A DNA stretch of 64,000 nucleotides from Utricularia gibba (taxonomy: Eukaryota; Plantae; Magnoliophyta). The stretch lies in assembly GCA_002189035.1 (NCBI GenBank), contig NEEC01000020.1, forward strand, positions 1,116,001 through 1,180,000, in the 5' to 3' direction. Below the pieces are notes generated by a model, which saw only the letters and a program-made list of their open reading frames with translations, ran no database searches and was not told the DNA's origin. This document shows positions 25,093-38,491 of the stretch, one piece after another; positions within the stretch are counted from its first letter, which is position 1, and the number at the start of each line of letters is the position of its first letter. Both the position numbers and the translations under genes were made by a program.

Positions 25093-28000
25093 TGGAGAAC
25101 TCCTAAACCAATCTGAACACAAATGAATCAACACAACAAGATTATAAGAGAGAAGGAAGAAGAAGATGATGATGGATTATCACTCCAGTGTGTTCCACTC
25201 TGTGGCCGTTGATTTCGCAGTGACCCACAAAAATCAATTCCAAAGGGCGCTCCTCTGTCTCCCTTGTCTCTTCTCCACCAAATCCATCTCCGGTAAGAAA
25301 ATTGAACGAAAACTACCGAAGTGACAGCAGCCTAACATGTGGGCACACATGTTCGTTGCTCTTTCTGCTGCAGTGGATCAGTGAACATGGGCTGTGTAAT
25401 TTTTGAGAAAGATTCAATCTTTTACATGAAGATTAAAGCTTTGCTGCGTCAGACATGTTTTGGGTAATTGCATTCAATGCGCATGTGTACGAATTCATTT
25501 TTAGCGGATAAGTTTGAGTGCATTATTGGGTTCACGGGCCCTCCATCATGAATCATGTTCTTTTGAGGGTAGATGAACCAACGAATCAAGTGCTTCAACC
25601 ACTCAAGATAAATTATCAACTGCTCATTTAGGAGCATGTTTTTTTTCTTACTGCTGAGTTTTATACACCACACCGTTGTGTCATAACAATCAGTATGTAA
25701 TAACTATGCACATCACTGCAAAATTAATGTTGCTAAAAAAACATGATAATTTATTTCCTTTCAATAAATAGTGAAATATTGATAATGTGCACAAATTTAT
25801 TATGGAAAAATTAAGAAGATAAATAATAGTGATCAAGAAAACAAAAAAATGAGAGTACTTGACATAATAATGAAATGATTATGAATTATTGAAATTAAGT
25901 ATATGATGAGTCAATTGAGCATATGTGAAGTTCAAGCTCACAAAAAAATGTGAGAAAAAATTAAATCCAATAGATGATTATTAATATGTAATTTTTTATC
26001 TATTTAATTACTTCATTTTCAAATTTTAATATAAGATTGTTTATTCTAATAAAGTATATAATAAACTATAAATATACTATTGATTGATTGAATCTAATTT
26101 TTTTTAATATAATTCATATTTTTTATGTACTTAGATTTCAATGTGATCATTTGATCCATCAGATCTTTAATTTCAACATAAGTAAAAACCTTATGAAGAT
26201 GGATTGATGGTTTATTTCCAATAAAATCAAATTTGTTTGTCATTTCATGACTAAGAGAAGCAAAAAGATGAAAACTAAGGATGGTAGTTACAAGAAATAA
26301 GGATTTTCACTATAAATGATATATGATAAGGTTGTCCTGATTACAGATAATGTGGTCTTCCGTCGTAGGTTTGGGCGATTCAAAGGCATTTACACCTAAG
26401 AGATTCTCGTTGGAGTTGGTGGATCGAGGGGGCTGGTTACGACGTCGCTTAATGCTCCTATGGCCCGGGTTTCTTCCTACAATGCGATGAGTAATCGAAA
26501 AAGAGGTTGTTGTGCTAAATATGTGGAAAAGTCTCCATGTTTGTGGTAGGTTTTCATTCTGCAAGATTATTTAGTGTTCATGATTATCAATATTCTATTG
26601 ATGTTATGATCCGGTATTTGCGTTTTCAAATCAACTATTTTTTTCCACATTATCTTCTCTATTTTCTACATCATTTTTGTTTTAACTTAATTTTAAATAT
26701 TACATATCATCTTTCATCCACTTTTCACATTCGTGTTCAAAAATTTGACTTTTTTTAATATTTAATATTTAATATTTTTATATTACTTAATTTCATTATT
26801 TCTAATTTAAAAATAGGCAAAATGAGAATTATAACCTCTGAATGGGAAGCTAAATTAGAAAGTAAAGATAAAAAGAAACCATCGAATTGCATTTCATGGC
26901 GAAACAAAAAGATGAAGAGGAGTTCCAGGGTCAACTTCTTTATTTCTCATATTTTTTATTTGTGTTTGAATCATTAACGTTTTTCGCTTTTAACAACAAG
27001 TCAATTTGAAAGTTGTGTTGGAATGAAATATTGTGATTTTCGTTTACGTTACTCTTTGCATTCACAACTCTAGAACAGAACTTACAACTTAACAACGAAT
27101 TCTTACTTGGTTACATACAGTCTAATTTCATATTAATTGTGAATTTTACTATTTATTGTTTGAAATGTTGATTTATGCATCTGTTTCTTGATTTCTAGTA
27201 AACAAGTCATTAATTTTTTTTTATTAATTTAGTTAAAATAGAAACTCATTTTCAGATAAGCGTTCCATATTTAATCTAGTTTACGCGTAAAACTAGCAAT
27301 TAAAAATTGTTTGATCTATATAAATTGACCTGGATTTATTGTTATTAGATTAATTTATTTTAAATTATATGTGGATTTTGTGTTTTAATTATAAATATTT
27401 TTTATACAGAAAACTTTTAAACTGATGATATCTAAGGAAATTTCCGTCAATCACTGATTATTTATTTGTCTAAAGATGGCTTCAAGATTCCAATACATCC
27501 CTCCATTCATACTCTATCTAATGGCCAACCAATCAAAGCCATGCTCAATGGCTCAACCCTAATGGCATTTATTATGAGCCTTAAGACCCTTTTCATTGCA
27601 CCTGGCTTCCTTCTTTTGTATCTACCTTTCGGCCTAGACCTAATTTGCCTTAAAGGTCTGGTGTCCCCAAGTTGAAGTTGAGACTAAGGGTCTGTTTGGT
27701 ACTACTTTAAAAAATATGATACGAGTAACAAATATGGTTGTATGATACCAATTTCAACAGTTGTATTGTTATAGTTGTAATTAGTTGAAACAACTGTTTC
27801 AATTCTAGTTTGGTTTGAAAATGTAAATGTCTGTATGATTCTAATTCAATAGGATTTAGAGTTTAGATATTTGAATTGTGACGGTATGATTTTGGGTCGG
27901 TTCTAGATATTTGAAATTGGAAAGCTACGATTGCGACTCGTGCGGAACTCATGGTTCGAAACCAATAAACCGTTGATTTCATTTTTAAATGGTCCCAAAA

Positions 28001-28899
28001 ATTCATTATGGGAGTTTGGAAAAACATTTAGCAATTTCAGAAATTGTGTTTTTGCCGTTAATGGAACCCAGAGAAAGCTACGTTTATGATTTCAAATTAG
28101 GCGCCCTTTTGTCTCTTAACCAAGAGATGTCTTTTTATGAGGGAGGCTGGGGAGTGGCGGGCCATCCAAGGAGCGACCCAGCGGCCCATCTACTTTGTTC
28201 AGCAATAAGAGACACCACATGGGTGGGGGCGGCCGCCTACTTGCTTCCAATCAACGATCCAATGCTGTTCCAAGTAAGCATACTCTCACGCCAAATTTAA
28301 AAGCATTCATGGGGTGTTTGTTCCCATTCTAAAATCTAAAAAAGACGTTTATTATTTATATTCTAAATTAGTTGTCAAATTATGATTTGATTGTTCTATT
28401 TTCTTTTGAGTTCTTTGTCGTAAATTTAAGTGAGTTTGAATGGAGATTATTTTATCGACTAGATGCTTCACTTCACTTTATATCATATTTGTTGTGCAGT
28501 AATGAAGATTATAAATTCAATAATGATACCTTATCTTCATACAAGTGCATGGGCATTTGCTTGACTCAGATGAGCATTAACATGTGCTTTATGCAAAGTG
28601 AAACATTTAAGGACTTTTGCCTAGATACCTCCTTGATAATGCTCCGCCTAATGGCACTTTCACAAGAAATGAAAAAAAAAAAACCAATTTCACCTTCAAA
28701 AAGGCCAAGGGATTTGGCCCATGTACATCATTGTTGCCTATTACATCTAATTTAAATGTATTGCATATGTCTTTGAATTTCACAATTGATATGCAAAAGA
28801 TCATAATTAACAAATTTGTCTAAATTACTAACTTATGTAGTTATCTTTTAACATGTGGTGGATCCGGCATACCACCCTCCCTTGATGGTAGCACCTTTA

Positions 28900-29360
28900 G
28901 GTGGATCCACCAGCTCCCAAGTTTAGAATTTGTTGATCATATCCAGCTCTTCCAACATTGGTTGTTTCCAATGCAATATTAGTAGAGCTTCAATGATAGT
29001 ACTAGGTTATTTCTTTTTCACAAAATTTAAAAATATGACTATTTGATACTAGTCAAGAGAGTACAAGAAAGAATATAGAAAGAGCATTTGGAGTGCTTCA
29101 AACAACATTTTGTATCATTTACTCACCAGTTCAAGTATGAGATCAATAGAGACTTGTCAATATTATGTATGTTGTAATATTTTACAAATATGATAGTGGA
29201 AGATGAAGGCAATGAGAGGTAGTCAAATCCAGGAGATTATGATCAAGTAATGTTGGATAATTGTCTGATCTTTTGGAACAAAATGTATAGAGAAAATGTT
29301 ACATAGACAACTCAAGGAGGACTTGATCGATCACATTTGTGCTAATTTTGGTTAATTTAA
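28900..29360 (+). mobile_element. PIF/Harbinger transposase C-terminal remnant
   Basis: Fragments read QESTRKNIERAFGVLQ..IMY...MIVEDE and HRQLKEDLIDHICANFG. Confidence 0.65.
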
Positions 29361-30545
29361 AATTTCTCGTATTAGTTGTTTCTTGTATTGAATTTTTTGT
29401 TCAATACAAAGTTTTCCTATTATTCTTTCAAAAACTTTGCTTGTGAGCTTTCTTCATGTTTGTAGTTCTAACCTCACCTCCCCAACAAACTTTTCTACCT
29501 AGTTGGACCTGTAACATCTTTCTAGTCTATTTGCTAAAGCACCTGATAAAAGTATCTCTGTTTATGTTTATTCCTTCCCATTTTTAACTTGCTACTAAAC
29601 ACTCATTTCTAATTTTTCCTTTCCACTATTCAAAAAAAATCTAGTGAAAACAATTGAGTAGCACAACCCAAGCCCAAATGAGCTCGGTTTACCTAGCATA
29701 ATTATAGGCCCACTTTGGTATTGAACTAAGGGAAAATTGGGTTGTTTTAGGATTTGCTTATACAAAAATAATAATGACATTTGAGCTGTTTCTTCTTCTA
29801 AATCATGTATTTTTGAACTCTTTCATATGGAAATAAAATATGAAAACACTCAAAAATAGGAAACATCAAAACTTCCATCTCTTTGCCAATTAAAGATTCA
29901 AGCATTATATTTATCATTTCTAGTAAGTTGTGGTGATATTTTTCAGCCCAAAGGCATGATTTTATAAGCAGAGGCACTAATGGTGATGAAATCCACCATC
30001 TAGTTGATATACAATCATGGGAATAAATTCTTTTCTTGAGAGTACTATTGTTGTGGCTGTTGCGTAGCTAGCACATTTAAGTTATTGTTGATGGGATGGT
30101 AGATAAAGTTTGGATCTATACTTGGGATGTCTTCTATGCTGCTAGAAAATTCCAGGATGTTTAGGGTGAATTTTTCCTCAAATTCCAGGATGTTGTCCAG
30201 TTGAATTTTTGTCACAATATATGTTTGTCACTCGATCAACTAAATTTCTGTGAAATTGATAAGTGTCATTGGTTATCATCTCTTGTTGGGTTGTGCAAAA
30301 GATGGGTTAAACAAGAATTCTTCTACCAAAAATCATGACCTCCTCTAGATTTTTTGAATTGCAATAGAATATGTTAGGATAGTTGCATAATTGACCTGAA
30401 TGGTTGCAAGTCCCTTCCAAGTAGAAAACTTGATGGCCATGTTGTGAGTAAAGATGATTATTCAAAATAAATTAAGGATGTTGATGATATTGTAAGCCAT
30501 ATCAAAGTCTACTACATAAAAGAATGGAGTTCTAACCATTATTGA

Positions 30546-30830
30546 AAGAGTGGCTTTCTCGATAGCTCTACTCATGCTTCAATTGAATTCATGGAAACCC
30601 ATTTAGCTATCAATGTGTTGGTGTCTTTTAATGTGTAGTTTCTCAGCCACATGAATGCAAATAAGAATTTATCCACTTCATAACTAGAAGGGTGGCTTTC
30701 TCAACAGGTCTAGCCATGCTCTAGTTGAATCCATAGAAACTCATTTAAGGTGTCAATGCATTAGTATCTTTTGGTGTGTAGCTTCTCAATCAAATGTAGA
30801 TGAGTATGATTGATCTACAATAAACTCTGA
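30546..30830. repeat. Degenerate 142-bp tandem duplication
   Basis: GTGGCTTTCTC..CATGCT..TTGAAT.CAT.GAAAC.CATTTA..TCAATG..TCTTTT..TGTGTAG.TTCTCA starts at 30550 and again at 30692. Confidence 0.75.
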
Positions 30831-30917
30831 AAAGTTATAGAGATGTTAGATTGAATATCCAAAATTATCTATGTCGAGTGGAGCATTCCCATGATAGTAG
30901 TACCCATTGTCATTTGA

Positions 30918-31153
30918 AAAAAAGATTTGATCGAGCATCTTTGGACAAATTTCAATTAATGTATTACATGATTAATGATCAACTAGTTTCGTATTAAGTT
31001 TTGTGTTGAAATTTTTTTTAATATTATAAAATTTATGTTTTAAATTATAAAGAATATTCCCATAAATTGATAAAGAAAATTAGAAAACTTCATAATAAGT
31101 TCAATAAATGAAAAATATGTCATTATTTCCGGAAACCATTAAATATGTTCTAA
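30918..31153 (+). mobile_element. 3' end of a PIF/Harbinger element
   Basis: KKDLIEHLWTNF transposase tail, then ~200 bp later the terminal motif TTTCCGGAAACCATTAAATATGTTCTAA. The same arrangement occurs at 56062-56340. Confidence 0.6.
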
Positions 31154-31732
31154 GTGATGCATCTTTATTAGGTTATCCTCAAGTCATAAAGGTAGATAAA
31201 TCAATGATATCTCACATCAACCACAAACATCTTCTCATATAAAAGTGTTGAACTCTCAAGAGGGCAATTTACAATATATTTGGTCGACAGATTGCCTCAT
31301 CAATGATCTATCATCCATATGATCTCTAAAAACCAAGGAACCGATTACACCAACACAAGTTAAGGATAGAATAGGTAGCTAAAAAAGAAAATCTCTATCA
31401 ACTACAATATCTTTTGATAAGTATATGAGAATGGAAAAGAAGGGGAGAAGTGATCTTTTATCATTTGCTAATCTAGCTTTTGGAGGACGAGGGCAAGCCT
31501 CAAGAGAGAAAAAAGATTTCTTTCCTCAAGTTCTTGGGGTTTCAAGTGATCTTCATTTTATCTTCTTAACATTTTCCATGGTGAAAGCAATCCGTGATAC
31601 ATGAGCACTCTTGGTTTTTCTTGGTTTTTTTTTAGATTATCACTTGCTTTTATTTTATATGCTTTTCATAAATCTCCATAATTTTTTAATCTTATAGAAA
31701 TCCCATGAAACAAAAACAAAATATATAAACCT

Positions 31733-31911
31733 GGTTAAGACTGAGTCGTCGCCGAGTCAAAGCTGACTGAGTTGAGGTGTTTACGATACGTTTCAAGAAT
31801 ATTCGCTACACCTATCAAGCAGGAGTTGCATGCGTTGAACGAGCTGCTGCTAAGTTAGAAGATAACCTTGGAACATTGAAATAATATTAAGTAATCCTAT
31901 TTTGTCTATCA
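31733..31911 (+). repeat. 5' LTR of the Copia element
   Basis: Aligns to 36698-36871 (roughly 80-85% by eye) and is followed by the PBS. Confidence 0.85.
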
Positions 31912-34795
31912 AGTGGTATCGGAGTAAGGTTCAACATGGATGCAACTCAATCCGATGCTATATGGAAATTCAATGGCGAGGATTATACTATTTGAGCCAC
32001 CCAATTGAAGGCATACCTTCAAGCGATGAAGCTACGGGAAATGGTTGATACACCAACACAACTAGAATAGCTCCTTGCTAATGTGTTGTTGGAAAGAGTG
32101 AAAAGAGTTGAAGAATAATGAGCCAAAGAAGGCCAAACAAAAGTGATATTTTATTTTGTTATGGATAAATCTATTATTTCACAAACTTTAGCTTGCAATT
32201 CTACTAAAGATATATGAAAAACTATTAGAATTGAGTTTGAAAGGGATGAGCATTCCAAGGAAATGCGCATTGCAAATCTGAAGATGGATTATGAGAGTTT
32301 GTGCATGCTCCCATCTGAAACCATCAAAACATATGTTGATTGGTTCATGAAGGTTGTCACTCAATTGTAGATGCTTGGTGTTCGAAAAAGTGATTTCACA
32401 ATGACAAAAAAGATCATGCATATTGTTTTCCCTAGTTTTGAACAAAAAATGTCATCTTTAAAATGTAGTCCAGATTATGAAAAATTAACTGTTACCAAGT
32501 TGTCTTGTGTCCCACAAGCACTTCAATGCTGAGCTGCTGCATAGGAACAAGTTATGGAGCGAGCACTAGCTATACTCAATTTTGAAAAGCAGGATAAAAG
32601 ATATGTAGAAGGATGAAAAGGAGGAAAAGGAAAACAAAGAGGGAAGGAAAAAGGAAAGTTTTCTCTTTTCAAACATTGCAAGAGATTATCGTATACTAAA
32701 GATATATGTTATTAGAAACTAGATTTAAAATGCTCCAAATGCAATCAATTGGGACATGTTAATAAGGTATGCAAATAAAAGAAAGAAGCTCAAGCAAATG
32801 TCTTAGTCATTGAGACAATTTAGAAAAAGCAAGTGGAGACATTATTTACTACTTACTTAACTTCATAGACCTTTATAGTGCTGTGAAACATGAGTCTCTA
32901 TGTGCAGTAACAATGTCAGATACTAGCTCTATCTCAAATATAGGATGATTGGTTGAGTCAAGTTGTTCTGCTCACATAATTGGTGATGAAAGGTACTTTG
33001 AGACGTTGGATTATTCAAGTACAGAAAGTGTGAAACTTGGAAATGATGAGCTCCTAGATGCTATTGATAAAGGCATGGTTATGGTGCACACTCCTCTATG
33101 GTTAAAGCATCTAAAGAACGTTTACCTAGTCCCAAAACTAAACATCAACTTTCTAAGTGTGAAAATGTTGGATGATAGAAGATACTTTGTCACATTTGAA
33201 AGGAGAACTTTTGTAATCTCAAATACAAATGATGATGCCATCTTTAGAACACTGGCAACTAGAGGTACTTATTTCTTACCTTGGACCATAATTCCACAAG
33301 AATCTGCTAACCATGCTAGGCTAAACGAACATGTGAGATGACATAAAATACTTGGACATGTCAGTTTCCAAGTTTTTAAATCTATGAGTGAAGGTGGAGT
33401 CTGCATAGAATTTCCAACACTAAAGTACCATGCTGAAATGAAGTGGTCGATATATCTCCAAAGCAAAATAAAATAACTAACATTCACTCAACAAGCATGC
33501 TTCCAAGCTAAGAGACTAATGGAGCTGGTGTATTTTGATGTTTGTGGCTCAATGAGTGTTGAATCACTTAGAGGGAGCAGATACTTCATTAGCTTCATTG
33601 ATGATAAGTCATGTTGTTGTTGGGTGTTCTTTATGAATTGCAAGTCATGGGCCTTCAAGCACTTTGTCACCTTCAAGACCTCTATTGAGAGAGTTTCTGG
33701 TGAAAAGCTAAAATGTCTCTACACAGATAATGGAGACGAATTCAATTCTCTGATATTCAAGGAAGAATTGAGAAGAGATGACATTAAACATCACAAAACT
33801 ATGGTTTACTTACCAGCACAGAATGGCGTAGTAGAACAAAGAAATGCCACAATTATGGCCATGGCTAGATGCATGCTCTTGGAAAAGAAGTTACCTAAGC
33901 ACTTTATGGAGTGAAGCATTTGCAACCACAGTGTACATCCAAAATAGGCTACTTACCCGTAGCTTGGAAGGAGTGACACTATATCAAGCATGGAATGGTA
34001 GATCACCAAACCTCAGACGTCTTAAGGTATTTGAATCTATGGCTTATATGCTTACTTCTGTTGAATGCAAAACCAAGCTAGATAGTAGATCTATGTTTGG
34101 GATATTCATTGGATATTCTGAAGAAACAAAAGGCTACATAGTCTATAATCCACAAAACAAGAAAATCAGTTTGGCTAGAAGCTTGTGGATTGATGAAGAT
34201 GATTAGTGGGATTGGGATTATAACATGCCTATGTCACACATATTTGGTGCAACACTAAATCGCAACAATAAGAGAGCTTAGTTTAGTGATGAAGACGATG
34301 TTCTGTTTGCAAAAGAAGCACTTCCGGAGTGCATCCAAGCCGCCCTTGAGGAATTATTGGATGCCATGCCGTCCCTAACTAATGGCGAGAGATTGATCAT
34401 GAGATAAAGTAAGATCTTATACTGTATTATATTTTCTTCTAACTGGTTTAGATGAAGATATTTATCTTGGTGAAGCCACTGAAATTCCTAAAGTCAATAG
34501 CAATCTCGACCTTTGAAGTGATGATGGCACATATAATAGTAGTCAAAGCAACACTCTATCCAAATCCACAACTAAAAGTAATCATGACAATGCATCTTCG
34601 TATTCGGCTATCTTGTTCGTACACTTTCATGGTGACTTGAAAGGTTATCCCGATGAATGAGATTTGCCTGGAACTGCTCGAAGACTAAGACCTTTTAAAG
34701 AAAATAAAGTTTCATTTTGAACTTGAGAAGGGCACTTTTTCGAAAGAATGAATGAAAAGAGAAAGAGCTATAGGAGTAATAGCTCTTGACCGAGT

Positions 34796-34993
34796 CTTTT
34801 TGGGGAATATGAGTCGAAGCAATAACAAGAATATTTCTAGTGGAACATCTTTCAGAGAGATGGTTCACTAATAGACCGAGGGATAAGTAATTCGACTCAT
34901 TTACATCCAAATCATGAATGTTTGGAATCCATATTATGCAAGGAGACATTGCTTTTGCTAATTCGAATTGAAGGGTGATATAAAATCGGTCTT
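34796..34993 (-). pseudogene. ycf2: Plastid ycf2 fragment (organelle-derived insertion)
   Basis: Stop-free [65 protein letters not shown] matches the Ycf2 AAA region. Homology ends abruptly on both sides. Confidence 0.93.
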
Positions 34994-36697
34994 CTGAACG
35001 GCAATGGTTTTGCAATTCACATAGCGCCTTCACTTCGTCGACCCAACGAAACGATCGATGCTAATTGAGACACCTCCTCTCAGAACTAGATCTCTAATAG
35101 ATCTGTACGAGTCAACACAACCAATATAGATGCCAAAATCAAACCTTCATGAATTTGCCAATGCAGTTGTGTCTGTAACAAAGCCCTTAATAAATGCTGA
35201 AGCACTTCAACTACCTCAATGGAGAAAGGTTAGGGAAGAATAAATTATGATGATCTAGAAGCACAAAACGTGGATACTGGCCAATTCACCAATCAGAGCC
35301 AATATCATAGGACTAAAATGGGTGTTCAAGGTCAAGATCAATGCAAATGGAACACTCCAAAAATACAAAGCCAGGTTAATAGTCAAAGGATATTCTCAAA
35401 AATATGGAATTAATTATTATAATACATTTGCTCCAGTTGTGAGATTTGATACCATCAGGCCACTAATAGCTATAGCTGCTCAAGAAAATTGGAACGTATA
35501 CCAAATGGATGTTTAAGTCAGCTTTCTTGAATGGTAAGTTGCAGGAAAAAAAATATATTGTGTGCAACCTATAGGTTTTGAACTAGTAGAAAACAAAATA
35601 TACCTAGTACTTAAGGCTCTGTATGGCCTGAAACAAGTACCTCGTGCTTGGTATGAGAAATTGGAGAAGGTATTACTCAACTTTGGTTTTGAAAAAAGCA
35701 AAAATGAGGCTGCCCTATTTACACTTCCACAAGAGAAATTTGGAATTTTGATAGTTGTGATATATGTAGATGATATCATGATTACAAGTAATGATTTGAA
35801 TCAAATTACCAAATTGAAGGAATTTGTGAAGAAAAAATTCGACATGGTAGACTTAAGAATATTACATCAATTCTTGGGAATGGAGGTGAAGCAACAACAA
35901 GAATAGATTTTTCTATGCCAAGAATTTGCTAAGCAAGTTTGGGTTTTCTGAGTATTCATATTTAATTGTTCCTATGCTTCAGACTACAAGTCAATGTGCA
36001 CAGAATTTGGAGAACCAATAGATCAGACACTCTATAGATCCAATGTTGGATCATTGATGCTTTTGACTAATACTTGTCTAGATATCATATTTGTAACTAG
36101 CTTATTATCCAAATTCATACATTGCCCACTGATGACTCATCTACAGTGTGCAGAAAGGGTATTGAGGTACCTAGCTGAAACCATGACACATGATCTATAT
36201 TATAACATAAGCAAGAAGGTTATGTATGGATTCGTTAACATAGATTTTGTTGGGGCTAATAATTTTAGAAGCACCTCTGGTTATTTATTCAAATATACCT
36301 CACATAGAGTATGTTGGACCTCCAAAAAACAACAAATGTCTAATCAACCCAGAGGCAGAATATGTTGCTGCTTCCTTTGATGGAAATCAAGTTAGTTGGC
36401 TAAAGAAAATGCTCAGTGATATTGGAAGAAAGGAGTTCAATCCAACAATGTTTTATTGTGATTCTAAGAGGGTCATAGACATGATCAAGGATCATGTGCT
36501 TCATGGAAGAATGAAGCATATATCGATGAAGTATCACTGTATTTGTGAGAAGCAAAAGAACGATGAATTAAAGTTCATATACTACAATTCTGGTGATCAA
36601 GTTGCTGATATTTTCACCAAGGCACTACCTCTCAATCAATTTGAGAAATGAGAAGTGAGCTAGGTTTAGTGTATAGTAAAACACACACAGGGGAGCT

Positions 36698-36871
36698 TGT
36701 TAAGATTGAGTGTTCGCTCAATCAAAGCTAATCGAGTTGAGTTGTTTGTGACATGTTTCAAGAATATTTGCTACACATATCAAGTAGGAGTTGCATTGTT
36801 GAACGAACTGTTGCTAATCTAGAAGATACCTTTGGAGCATTGAAATAATATCAAGTAATAAAAACTATACA
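36698..36871 (+). repeat. 3' LTR of the Copia element
   Basis: TG...CA ends, preceded by the polypurine tract, homologous to 31733-31911. Confidence 0.85.
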
Positions 36872-37299
36872 ACCATTGGAAGTGAGCAACTCGATCAGCC
36901 CTGGTTTCGTGAGTTTAGTTGTGCTATTGAGATCTGAAACGTGATCTCATTAGAGCCTATTTTCATGTGAAGTTTGTTGCGTTTGGTGTGTATAAAAGCT
37001 GATATCCACAGCTTGTATTATCATTCTTTTCGTTGCAATAAATTTGTTCTTTATTTAATTACTCAATTTAACCGAAAACCCTCCTTTTTTGTTGTTTTTC
37101 TTGCACGATTACTTGTGATAGTTCATCCTATTTTTTCTATCAAGCCCCATAACAACAAGTATTCATAAGATGGCACCGCCAATTGTCGTAAAATGTCAAG
37201 AAGAGAAGGTTTAAATTGATAGAAAAAGTAATAGATATTAGGGGAAAATTCTTACTTTCTTCCACAGCGAACAACTTGATAACCATTGGTGCCTAGTTC

Positions 37300-38491
37300 G
37301 TTTTAGGTGCTCATGCCTTGAGCACTATTTCACTTGTAGGCTTCCTTGGTAAGATGTCTCTATGACACGTCTAGTCGCTAAATGTATCACATGTTGTTGG
37401 CGATCTAGGAAAGTGCCCTAAGCTTTCTTCCCTAGTGCATTTAGGCTTTTGTGGGAGTGTTGGCTTTTTGCTCCCTTATCGACTCTTCGCACGTAGGCAC
37501 TGCTACCCGAACACTTCATTCCTAGGCTTGTCTTCCCAAGTCCTTACCATGTAGGTGCTGCTATCCAAGGACTAGGTTTCTATGCTATCCTTTTGAGTCT
37601 CTACACTCAAGTGTTGCGACCGAGCACTTCATTTCTAGTTATTTCCTTGTCTAAGTTTTCACCACGTAGGTGTTCTCCCACCCGAGCACTTCCTTTTTGG
37701 GCTTTCGTGGTGTAGACATCTCACCTAAACCTTCAATATGAAGAGATCCCCTTCTTTCCAAGCATTTTCATTGAGGACACCCCACATCCAGCATGCTTCT
37801 CCAACCAAATGCTTCCTATCTAAGCCTTCTTTTCAAAGGGAACATCTACTCGAGCACCTTCTATTCGGGTTTTCTTTTTTTACACGATTGTATCTTCAGG
37901 TTGTTCCTACCTCGATTACTTCCTCACGAGTCTTTGTCATGCAATGCAATTATTGCTATCCAAGCACCTCCTTCCTTAGTTGTAATCACATGAGCATTTC
38001 TTCCTAAACATTTACTACCTCTTTGGGCATTGATATCCAATCACTATCTTACCCATGGGCCCTTCTATCCGGGTATTTGTCTACTCACCACTATTACCTT
38101 GATTATTTCACTATGTTGCAAGGTCGATTGAAGAGAAAGCTTTTAACTTCAAAACAATTTAATTAATAAACCTTTTCAAAATCTGAAGCACAATTTAATT
38201 TTAAGTGCAATGGCAACATGTTAAAGAAATTATTAAAAACCCGTTTTTTATATACCATCCGAACCCAATTTTTTTTCAAGTCTGACCGGGTTTTAAAGTA
38301 TAGATCCTAATTGTATTCTATTTTCTTTACGATCTATACTACACCTAAGGAGCGTTCCAAGAGGCCTAGCTCTGGCCTCAAGTCATCCGGTATGACCCTC
38401 ACAACTATGAGGTTGAAAGGGGCACACTTAGAAGCCTAGTTTAAAGCCCATCGATTGTCAACTCAGACGTTTCGAGGTCCATGGCGCTACA
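37300..38491. mobile_element. Probable Gypsy-type LTR/retroelement remnant with ~60-bp degenerate repeats
   Basis: Units CCGA(G/A)CACTTC..CTAG..CCA(C/T)GTAGGTG at ~37508, 37620, 37682. The segment ends in GGCGCTACA (rc TGTAGCGCC), which resembles Gypsy LTR termini. No clear protein motif. Confidence 0.35.

Larger units (their letters stand above)
31733..36871 (+). mobile_element. Near full-length decayed Ty1/Copia LTR retrotransposon
   Basis: Paired short LTRs, PBS TGGTATCGGAG (31914) and PPT AGGGGAG (~36689). Order is gag (FNGEDY.I..LKAYL; knuckle CSKCNQLGHVNKVC), protease (WLVESSCSAH), integrase (ELVYFDVCG..FIDDKS..QNGVVEQRN), RT (KYKARLIVKGYSQ, LYGLKQ.PRAW, YVDD), RNase H (HISMKYH, QVADIFTKAL). 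Many stops and frameshifts. Confidence 0.92.

Noticed and set aside
27275-27296. Near-palindrome CTAGTTTACGCGTAAAACTAG as a possible Helitron 3' end
   Set aside because: The hairpin includes the CTAG rather than preceding it, and no 5' TC end or Rep/Hel remnant was found.
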